13,353 bases of DNA from Candidatus Krumholzibacteriia bacterium (lineage in GTDB: Bacteria > Krumholzibacteriota > Krumholzibacteriia > WVZY01): assembly GCA_046754105.1 (NCBI GenBank), contig JBHHVD010000083.1, positions 1 to 13,353 of the forward strand, given 5' to 3'. Below the pieces are notes generated by a model. That model ran no database searches. It was given only the letters and a program-made list of their open reading frames with translations, and was not told the DNA's origin. The stretch's first letter is position 1. Each line of letters opens with the position of its first letter. Shown here in pieces: positions 1-7,800 of this stretch. A program made the position numbers and the translations under genes.

Positions 1-496
1 CGGCGGCTGCGTCCGGGTAGCTCTGCGTCTCGTCGTATTTGTAGGAGATGCTTACACCGGCCTCCGCCAGCATTGCCTCGGACTCGGCGGCGTTTTGGTA
101 CTTGCGCTCGCACACGACCCGGCCGATGCCACAGTTGATAAGGAGCATCGTGCATGTACGGCAGGGCGTCATGCGGGTGTAGATCGTGGCTCCGTCGATC
201 GAAACGCCCAGCTTCGCGGACTGACAAATGGCGTTCTGCTCCGCATGGACCGTGCGCATACAATGTTCTGTCACGGCGCCGTCTTCGTGGGTGACCCGCT
301 TGATACTGTGACCGGCATCGTCGCAGTGGGCGAACCCCATCGGGGAGCCCACGTAACCGGTCACGATCAGTCGGCGGTCCTTGGCGATCACACAGCCGCT
401 GCGGCCGCGATCACACGTGGCTCGTTTCGAGATCGTGTTGGCAACTTCCATGAAGTAGTCATCCCAGGAGGGGCGCTCGTACTTGTCCGGGGTCAT
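1..496 (-). CDS. dCMP deaminase / cytidine-deoxycytidylate deaminase family (ComEB-like), 3' end beyond the window edge
   Basis: Manual translation from ATG at 496: MTPDKYERPSWDDYFMEVANTISKRATCDRGRSGCVIAKDRRLIVTGYVGSP...RTVHAEQNAICQSAKLG...TIYTRMTPCRTCTMLLINCGIGRVV.... Contains the Zn-deaminase motifs HAE and PCxxC and the typical RPSWDxYF N-terminus. AAGGAAGG lies just upstream of the ATG. Open to position 1; missing from the ORF track. Confidence 0.95.
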   Translation of the reverse strand, partial: MTPDKYERPSWDDYFMEVANTISKRATCDRGRSGCVIAKDRRLIVTGYVGSPMGFAHCDDAGHSIKRVTHEDGAVTEHCMRTVHAEQNAICQSAKLGVSIDGATIYTRMTPCRTCTMLLINCGIGRVVCERKYQNAAESEAMLAEAGVSISYKYDETQSYPDAAA

Positions 497-934
497 ATGG
501 CCTTCCTTTTTTCGCGTTTGCCGGTGGTAGCCGCTCGGGGCCACGGCGTCAGGCTGGACTCGACGTGCTACGGAATCCGCATAGATCTACACAGCCAGTA
601 TGGACGGTCCTCGTAACGGCTCCAAGTTGAAATAAGTCAAATGGACACACGCTCTTCTTTCTGTCAAGTGTACCTGTAACAGAGCGACGCCACCAGTTCT
701 ACGGCCAGCAGGCGCTGCAGTTCCACTGCCACCGGCGCTCAGGGGGAATCCTGCCGTGTCTCGTACTCACCGGACCATTCCAGGCCCGCGCCCGGCGCGA
801 TCGAGCCTGCGAGATAATAGTCCGCCCACGTCGGCCGCGTTTCAGATCGTCACTTCTGGCCTTTGGGGGAAACGGGGAACATGAGCAAAGCCATGCGTTT
901 GCGTGGGATCCACCGGCGGTGGTGCATTTTTGGC

Positions 935-964
935 TGGACGGCGGCGAAGCGCGGCACCTAGACT
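935..964 (+). promoter_or_regulatory. possible sigma70-type promoter for the beta-barrel gene
   Basis: TGGACG (935-940), 18-bp spacer, TAGACT (959-964), about 45 nt upstream of the GTG start. Sequence match only. Confidence 0.3.
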
Positions 965-1008
965 GGCGCGGCTATTTAGATGCGTCACACGCGTTTTGGA
1001 GGTGCATA

Positions 1009-1569
1009 GTGAAACCGTTTAGACTATTCGCTCTGGCCGCGCTGCTCTGCGTCGCCACCGTCACCGCTACTCACGCCGAATCCAACCTCGGTTTGCGAGG
1101 GATCGGCGGGCGGCTGTCGTTCGTCAACCCGAGTGATGTCGACGGCACGCTCGGCCTGGATGTGATCGCGGACTTCGGCACGCTTCGCCCGCAGCTGGCG
1201 CTCGAGGCCGTGCTCGATTTCTGGTCGTCTGAGGAGGACTTCGTCGTTTTCGCCATGGACGTGCGAGACATCGCCCTCGGGGGGCGCTTGAAGTACACGT
1301 TCAACGTCGCCAACCCGAGGGTGCGGCCTTACGCCGCGGGCGGGCTGGCGCTGCACTTCGTGCACACGGAAGTGCCGACCATCATGGTCGGGGGGCTGCC
1401 GGTACCCGGCTCGGACGACAGTGAGACCAAGCTCGGGCTCGACCTCGCGGGCGGCATCGGGTACAAGACGGGCCGGAATATATTCGCCGTCGGCGAGCTC
1501 AGGTTCCGCCTTCTCTCCGACATCCCGCAAGTCGTGCTGACCGGCGGGCTGGTGTACTGGTTCGACTAG
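1009..1569 (+). CDS. outer-membrane beta-barrel protein (small OmpA/OMP_b-brl-like), 186 aa
   Basis: GGAGG at 998-1002 precedes GTG at 1009, preferred over the track start at 919. Sec signal peptide MKPFRLFALAALLCVATVTATHA, alternating amphipathic strands, RPYAAGGLALHF and KLGLDLAGGIGY segments, aromatic C-terminal strand GLVYWFD. Confidence 0.85.
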   Translation: MKPFRLFALAALLCVATVTATHAESNLGLRGIGGRLSFVNPSDVDGTLGLDVIADFGTLRPQLALEAVLDFWSSEEDFVVFAMDVRDIALGGRLKYTFNVANPRVRPYAAGGLALHFVHTEVPTIMVGGLPVPGSDDSETKLGLDLAGGIGYKTGRNIFAVGELRFRLLSDIPQVVLTGGLVYWFD

Positions 1570-1613
1570 CGTCCCGTGCGGGCGCTCGCGCCTGGTGAAC
1601 GTCCGGGGATTTG

Positions 1614-1622
1614 TGGTACACT
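1614..1622 (+). promoter_or_regulatory. extended -10 element (TGgTACACT) upstream of the ACT gene
   Basis: TGn plus TACACT in the intergenic gap, about 50 nt before ATG 1671. Confidence 0.5.
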
Positions 1623-1670
1623 GGGGGTGATCGGGGCCCGAGTCGGGTCCCATACGACCCGGAGGATGGC

Positions 1671-2069
1671 ATGCCCACGGCTACCCAATTGAACCTGAAG
1701 CTCCAAAACGAGCCCGGGACCCTGGCGACTCTCAGTCGTGACCTCGCGGATCTGGGGATCAACCTCCTGGCGCTCGCGGCGCCGGACAGCTCGTCCCAGG
1801 CCGGACCCATCCGTCTCCTGGTAGCGAACCCGGCGCTCGCCCAGGTCAAGATGAAACAGGCCGGCTACAAGTTTGGTATCGAAGAGGTGCTCTACATCGA
1901 AATCAAGAACCGCCCCGGGGCGCTCGCCAAGGCGATGGAAAAGCTCGCCCGGGCGGGGATCGACGTGCAATACGCCTACGCCACCGCGTTCACGGGTGCC
2001 CGCAAGACGGCCGCTGTGGTGTCGGTGGCGGAGGGCGATCTCGCGAAGGCGCGCAAGCTACTCGGGTAA
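1671..2069 (+). CDS. tandem ACT-domain protein (COG4747/Bt0572-like), 132 aa
   Basis: GGAGG at 1661-1665 then ATG 1671. Two ACT repeats: LQNEPGTLATLSRDLADLGINL and IKNRPGALAKAMEKLARAGIDVQYAY. Confidence 0.9.
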   Translation: MPTATQLNLKLQNEPGTLATLSRDLADLGINLLALAAPDSSSQAGPIRLLVANPALAQVKMKQAGYKFGIEEVLYIEIKNRPGALAKAMEKLARAGIDVQYAYATAFTGARKTAAVVSVAEGDLAKARKLLG

Positions 2070-2107
2070 ACGCCCAACGTCATCCACCCCAGGCGCCACC
2101 GCCCGAG

Positions 2108-2614
2108 TTACTGGCGGGTACCGGTGATCGTCCAACTGCTCTGGCAGGGGGTCTGAGCGGTGCACGCCCCGGCCGTCCGGTGCCGGTACACGATGCTCCC
2201 GAAGAATTCGTCCGCCGAGGTGAAGGTAAGATTCACAGTCGTCCAGTCCGTCATCGTACAGCTGCGGACAACGGTCTGCACGTGGTCGGACTCGCCGTTG
2301 GCCTCCAGCGAATTCGCGTCGGCGCTCCAGCTGCCGGTCCAATCGGTACCCATCGCAAACCCCGATGCGTTGATGTCGATTCGGTAGGTTCCGTTGTAAT
2401 CCGTCGGCAGGTTGCAGCCGTTGAAGGACTCGGCGGCAACCACGTCAAAAGAGCCGCTTGGAACCTGCAGCGGCGGGTTCGGATTGGTGACCTGCGTGGG
2501 GCTCTCGTCCCCGCCACACGCGGTAAGTGACAGCGTCACGAGAACGAGCAGGATGGCACGTGTGGCGGAAGCGACTCCAGTGGACCAGCGGATTTTCTTG
2601 CCAAAGAGATACAT
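2108..2614 (-). CDS. hypothetical lipoprotein, 168 aa
   Basis: GGGGGAG precedes ATG at 2614, with a strong promoter just upstream, so the track start at 2728 is unlikely. Basic N-region, hydrophobic stretch, lipobox LTA-C, then a GGDESPT...PNPP linker and a beta-rich body with 4 further Cys. Confidence 0.8.
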   Translation of the reverse strand: MYLFGKKIRWSTGVASATRAILLVLVTLSLTACGGDESPTQVTNPNPPLQVPSGSFDVVAAESFNGCNLPTDYNGTYRIDINASGFAMGTDWTGSWSADANSLEANGESDHVQTVVRSCTMTDWTTVNLTFTSADEFFGSIVYRHRTAGACTAQTPCQSSWTITGTRQ

Positions 2615-2648
2615 TTCTGAACTCCCCCAAAAGTGCTCGAATGGGGGC

Positions 2649-2677
2649 AATATAATGCCCGGAATGTATCCGGTCAA
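2649..2677 (-). promoter_or_regulatory. sigma70 promoter of the lipoprotein gene
   Basis: Minus strand TTGACC (2677-2672), 17-bp spacer, TATATT (2654-2649); each hexamer matches consensus 5/6. Confidence 0.75.
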
Positions 2678-2992
2678 CCGCGCCCTGTTACCGGCAACGG
2701 TATCAGGGTCCGTCGCGGCTTGTGGCATGCATTCGCATGACCGTATTGCAACTTACACCGTTGTCGCTCGAGTATTCGCTTCGTCCCGCTCGTAAGGTGC
2801 CTTTGATTTCCTTATACGCCGGCGCGGCCGGCAGGTTGCACGGGACCGGACGTTGCGCGGCGCATGAGCCGCCCCCCTTCCAGGGCCTCCGGGCCGTTGC
2901 CGGCACGCCGCCCCAGGCCGGCCATGACTTTTGTCAACTCCTGTCCGCGTAGCCCGCCCGCGCCCGGCGTAGCGGACCACCGGGGCAAAATC

Positions 2993-3001
2993 TGTTATAA
3001 T
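2993..3001 (+). promoter_or_regulatory. perfect extended -10 element (TGtTATAAT) for the arylsulfotransferase gene
   Basis: TGTTATAAT within GC-rich DNA. It overlaps the track's ATG at 3000, which favours ATG 3033 as the start. Confidence 0.7.
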
Positions 3002-3032
3002 GGGGCGGGCTCTTGACATTGCGTGCCACGGA

Positions 3033-4685
3033 ATGAAACGGATCTCACGAACCAGAAACGTCGCCTGGGTGGCCATCGTTGTGGCTGCCCTTTGGCTGCT
3101 GCTGCTGCTGCCATGGCTGCTGGCCGACCGGTTTGCCATCTTCGTCGTACTGTTTTCGTTGGCGGAACTGGCCGCCGCCGGACTGGTCTACCTCGGCCTG
3201 TTCCTGCTCGCGTCGGCCGTGACAAAACGGCTGCTCCGCGGCGAGTCGCGCGCGTTCTACGAGGAGCACCCGGCGCGTTTGAACGCATTTGTGCACCTGT
3301 GTGTCGGTCTCTTCGCAGTCGGTGGCACCGTGGTCAATTATTTCTGGCTGCCGGGCAAGTTTCAGCCGTTGAGTCTCGCGACCGACCTCGTTGTGGCGGC
3401 GCTGGCCGTATGCCTCGGTTGGAGCCTCGCGACCCGCCGACCGGCCCGTGCCCTGTTCATGATCCCCGTAGCGGCAGCCATTGCCGTCCTCGCCGCCGCC
3501 GGCAGACCGGCGGTCGAGGGAGCGTCATCGCCGCCGGGCGCCCCGGCCACGAGTGCGATCGCGGCGCTGCCGTACGTGGCGTGGGTGCCGGCGGTGGAGG
3601 ATATCGACAAGGCCGGTGTGACCTACCACGACCGGGACAAAACGTCCCCCGGGTTCAACCTCTACTGCCCGCAGGGCACGGCGAGTGCCCAACTGGTCGA
3701 CATGGACGGCGGAGTCGTGCACGAATGGGCGGCGGATGTCTCGGGCGGCGATATCTGGAGTCATATCGAGATGTGCCGCAACGGTGATTTGCTGGTCGCC
3801 GTAAGCCGCAGCGGGCGCCTGATGCGGCTGGACTGGGACTCCAACATCATGTGGATAGACGACCGGCGTTTCTATCACCACGACATAGAAGTCGCCGACA
3901 ACGGTGATATCTACGTACTGGCGCGAAAGGCGGATGTGCTGCGCGTCTACGGACTGCCGGTGCCGGTACTGGACGACTACGTCGTCGTGCTGTCGCCGGA
4001 GCGCGAAATCAAGCGGGAGATCTCACTCTACGCCGTGCTCCGCGACCGGTTCCCGGCGGCGAAAACGATTCTAAGCCGCTACACCTACCTCATGCAGCTG
4101 CCTTACCTGCGGACGCTCTACCGGCATCGGTTCTCGCTGAGCAGCTCGCCCGTGGATTTCTTTCACGCAAACACGGTGGAGCTTATCGATCGTGACGTGG
4201 ATGAGGTATTCCGCAAGGGCAACATCCTGTTTTGCTCGAGAACGCTGAGCCTGATCGGCGTCATCGACCCGGTTGCACAAGAGCTGCTGTGGACCTGGGG
4301 TCCGGGCGAGCTCGACTGGCCGCACCAGCCCACGCTGCTCGACAACGGCCACGTTCTCGTATTCGATAACGGCTATCATCGCAAGTACTCGCGCATCCTC
4401 GAGATCGACCCCCGCGCGGGTACGGTCGAGTGGGAGTACGAAGCCCAGCCGCGCGAGAAGTTCTTCTCGCAGTTCCGAGGCGCGAGCCAGCGGCTGCCCA
4501 ACGGCAACACCCTCGTCACCAACGGTGAGAACGGCATCGCCTTCGAGGTGACCCGCGACGGCGAGATGGTGTGGGAGTTTTACAACCCCCTGATCCGGCC
4601 CGAGAGCGGCCGGAGGTCGAGCATCTACCGTCTGATACGCCTGGCGGACGTGGAAACGTATCCACGCCTGCAAGACCTGCGCTGA
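3033..4685 (+). CDS. membrane-anchored arylsulfotransferase (ASST) family protein
   Basis: About 5 N-terminal hydrophobic helices, then a beta-propeller region with family-typical motifs YHHD, FHANTV, WPHQP, LVFDNG, SRILEIDP...VEWEY, GASQRLPNGNTLVT and FEVTRDGEMVWEF. Start is 3033 or 3000; no clear SD. Confidence 0.85.
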   Translation: MKRISRTRNVAWVAIVVAALWLLLLLPWLLADRFAIFVVLFSLAELAAAGLVYLGLFLLASAVTKRLLRGESRAFYEEHPARLNAFVHLCVGLFAVGGTVVNYFWLPGKFQPLSLATDLVVAALAVCLGWSLATRRPARALFMIPVAAAIAVLAAAGRPAVEGASSPPGAPATSAIAALPYVAWVPAVEDIDKAGVTYHDRDKTSPGFNLYCPQGTASAQLVDMDGGVVHEWAADVSGGDIWSHIEMCRNGDLLVAVSRSGRLMRLDWDSNIMWIDDRRFYHHDIEVADNGDIYVLARKADVLRVYGLPVPVLDDYVVVLSPEREIKREISLYAVLRDRFPAAKTILSRYTYLMQLPYLRTLYRHRFSLSSSPVDFFHANTVELIDRDVDEVFRKGNILFCSRTLSLIGVIDPVAQELLWTWGPGELDWPHQPTLLDNGHVLVFDNGYHRKYSRILEIDPRAGTVEWEYEAQPREKFFSQFRGASQRLPNGNTLVTNGENGIAFEVTRDGEMVWEFYNPLIRPESGRRSSIYRLIRLADVETYPRLQDLR

Positions 4686-4704
4686 GGGGGACGCGACGTC
4701 CTTG

Positions 4705-4718
4705 TTGACATAGATCAA
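4705..4718. promoter_or_regulatory. FNR/CRP-family-like box TTGAC-N4-ATCAA
   Basis: TTGACatagATCAA matches the FNR consensus TTGAT-N4-ATCAA at 9/10 positions; flanks extend the dyad (G...C). Confidence 0.4.
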
Positions 4719-4740
4719 CTGTACAGCGCCGGGCTGTCGC

Positions 4741-4757
4741 TGATAAACTATATAGTT
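4741..4757 (+). promoter_or_regulatory. -10 region overlapped by a perfect palindrome (putative operator)
   Basis: TGaTAAACT (4741-4749) and TATAGT (4751-4756) overlap the palindrome AACTATATAGTT (4746-4757). Confidence 0.5.
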
Positions 4758-4873
4758 AGACAAGAAAACCCGGTTGCCGGCATCACCCGCGCGTCGGCCG
4801 GTGACCCCGCTCTTCTGCTTTCATCCACACCATTGGCCTGCCTGCGACAGTGTGATGTCTGGGGGACACGGCC

Positions 4874-7800
4874 ATGAAAAAGCAATCATACGGGATATGC
4901 GTCCTTGGGTTCGCTATGCTGCTTGGGGCCGGATCCGCGGCCGCCACGACCAACCGGTACGTCGAGGACTTTACGAGCACCCAGTACGAGGACACGCTCA
5001 ATACGACCGCGTTGTGGGATACGGTCGCGGGAGAACTGGCGCTCCCTCCATTCCGGATAGGAACCGTCGGGGGGTATGCGCGGCCCGGGTTTTCCTTCGA
5101 CGTGGCCCTCGCGGGGGACTACGCCTACGTCGTCAATGGTTCCCTCGGTCTGCAAGTGTTCGATATCACAGACCCCACCGCTCCCACACTGGCGGGTACC
5201 TACCCGACCCCCGGCGTACCGCAGGCCATCACCATTGCCGGTGACTATGCCTTCCTGGCCGACGGGAACCGGGGGCTGCGCATCGTCGATATCACGGACC
5301 CCACCAACCCGACGTTCAAAGGGACGTTCGACACGCTGGGCTCATCGCTCGGTGTGGCGGTCGCCGGTGATTACGTATTTCTGGCCGACGGTGGCTGGGG
5401 GCTGCAGGTGTTCGATATTTCCAACCCCGCCTTGCCGACCGTCGCGGGGAATCAACGAACCCCGAGTTCGGCCTACTACAGCGTGGCGTTGAGTGGCAAC
5501 TATGCGTACGTCGCCGGCTGGCTCGAAGGGATGCATGTGATCGACATTACCGACCCCACAAATCCGACAGCGGTGGGGAATTACAATACACCCGACATGG
5601 CCTACGACGTGGTGGTCGCCGGTGACTACGCATACGTGGCGGACGGGCATTCGGGTCTGCAGGTCATCGATATCCGCAACCCCACCAATCCCGTGCTCGC
5701 CGGGTCCCTGAATACGACCGGCAGCGCCTACGGTATACGAATCACCGGTGACTACGCCTACGTCGCCGATTCCGAGTCGGGCGTGCACGCGATCGATATC
5801 AGCGATCCGACGGCTCCGGTGCTGGTCGCGAGCTACGATACACCGGCCAGCGCGCTCGGTCTTGCGACGGCGGGGCAGTACGCGTTTGTGACCGACGGGG
5901 TCGGCGGGCTCGTCGTGCTCGAGATCAGCCGCCCGAGAAGCGCGGTTCTGGCGGGCAGCTACGACACGTCCGGCGGCGCGTGGGACGTGGTGCTCGCAGG
6001 CGATCACGCCTACGTCGCCGACGGTGGCGGCGGTGTGCAGGTGATCGACATCACCGAGCCGTCGGCACCTTTTCGCGCGGGAGGCTACAACACCTCCGGC
6101 TTCGCCTACGGAGTGGCCGTCGACGGCAACTACGCGTTCGTAGCCGACCAGATACCGGGGGTTCGGGTGATCGACGTCAGCAATCCGGCTTTGCCGACAC
6201 CGGTCGGCAGTTATGACACACCCGGCCGCGCGCGCGAACTGACCATCGCGGGCGACTACGCGTATGTGGCCGATGAGGATTCGGGGCTGCAGGTGATCGA
6301 CATCAGCGATCCCGCCGCGCCGACGTACGTGTCCAGCTACGATACGTCGCCGTTCTCCGCGCTGAGCGTGGCGCAGCACGGTGACTATATGTTTGTCGTA
6401 AACTCCGTCGTCGATGTCAGTAATCCCGCCATGCCCACGCTCGCGGGGACGTTCTTCGGCGGCACCAACTACGACTTCGTGAGCCACGGCGACTTCATGT
6501 TCGTCGCCAACGGTGCGTTCAGTGTTTTGGATATCACCGACCCCGCAAACCCAACGAGTCTAGGTGGCTACTCGACACCGGGCACCGCGTTGCAAATAGC
6601 CCCCGTGGGCGATCGTGCGTTCGTGGCCGATGTGACCGGCGGTATCCAGGTAATGGATATCACAGACCCGGCCAATCCCGCACTCGTCGAGAGCTACCCC
6701 ACGCCCGGCCAGGCCAACGGCGTGGCGGTCGACGGCGACTACGCGTTTATTGCGGACGGGACCTCGGGTCTGCACGCGGTCCAGGTATTCCAGCGCGAGT
6801 TCGAGACGGGAAGCGAGGTGGGTCAGTCACTGGCCGTCGACGGGGCCAACGACACCATACTGAGGGCACGGCTGGCCACGACCCAGCAGGACACGGTCAC
6901 GTGGGCACTCAGCGCCGATGGCGGCCTCGGGTGGCTTTCGGTCCATCCGGGCGGTGGGTGGCATCGATTTACGGATAAAGGAACGGACCTCGTGTGGCGC
7001 TCGACACACCACCTGGGGCAGCCGGGCGTGAACCCGGCGGCTTCGCGGGTCGACCTCGAGTGGCTCTACGAGTTTGTCGTGATCGACTCCATCGTGGACG
7101 TGCCCAACGATCAGGGGGGGTGGGCGCGCCTGTACTTCACACGGTCGGGATACGATTTCCCGGATGAAACCTCGATACCGATCCTGTCCTACAACGTGCA
7201 CCGGAGAGTGGACAATGCGGCGCTGGTCTCCGAGATCCACGCCGGCGGAGAGCCCGTGCGCCAGGACCGAACGCTGGATAGCGGCGAAGGCCTCTTCGTT
7301 CCGGCCGCCGAGCGTGTCGTGCAATGGAAAGGGCGGTACTACCTCGTAGGCGACGGGGCGAACGGCACCTCCCCTCCGGGCGTGTGGGAAATCGTCGCCA
7401 CGGTGGCCGCCCGCCAGCAGGACACCTACGTCGCCCTCTTGCCGACGCTGGCGGATTCGTCCGCTACGCTCACCTACACGGCGTTCTTCGTCGCCGCGCA
7501 CACGACCACGCCGTCGATCTTCTTCGACAGCCCTCCGGACAGCGGCTATTCCGTCGACAACATCGTGCCCGCAGCACCGCAGGGATTCTCGGTCGCCTAC
7601 AACACCGGTAGCGGCAACCAACTCACGTGGAACGCCTCGGCGGATCCCGATTTCCAGTATTTTCGTATCTACCGTGACACCTACCCCGGCTTCACACCGA
7701 GCGTGGCGACTCTCGTCCACTCGACGGTCGGCATCGGGTGGTTCGATCCTTTCTTCGACGGCTGGAACGTCTACTACAAACTGACCGCCGTCGACGCCAG

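Noticed and set aside
578..593. TAGATCTA dyad as an NrdR box
   Set aside because: Lacks the conserved flanking C and G and has no tandem second box.
95..616. 173-aa plus-strand ORF
   Set aside because: Antisense shadow of the deaminase, which carries clear HAE and PCxxC motifs.
1009..1569. Beta-barrel as the T9SS component PorT
   Set aside because: Only generic small-barrel features; nothing supports a specific assignment.
2723..2737. TGGCATGCATTCGCA as a sigma54 promoter
   Set aside because: GG-to-GC spacing is 9 nt rather than the required 10.
4687..4706. Hairpin GGGGACG-cga-CGTCCTT after the ASST gene as an intrinsic terminator
   Set aside because: Short stem with G-U pairs and no proper U-tract; too weak to call.
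4774..5244. 156-aa ORF overlapping the LVIVD gene start
   Set aside because: Arg-rich off-frame product; the 4874 frame has the SD, signal peptide and repeats.
5060..6790. Periodic DNA repeats as a CRISPR array or DGR template/variable repeats
   Set aside because: In-frame degenerate protein repeats with no identical repeat-spacer structure; no cas or reverse transcriptase gene in the window.
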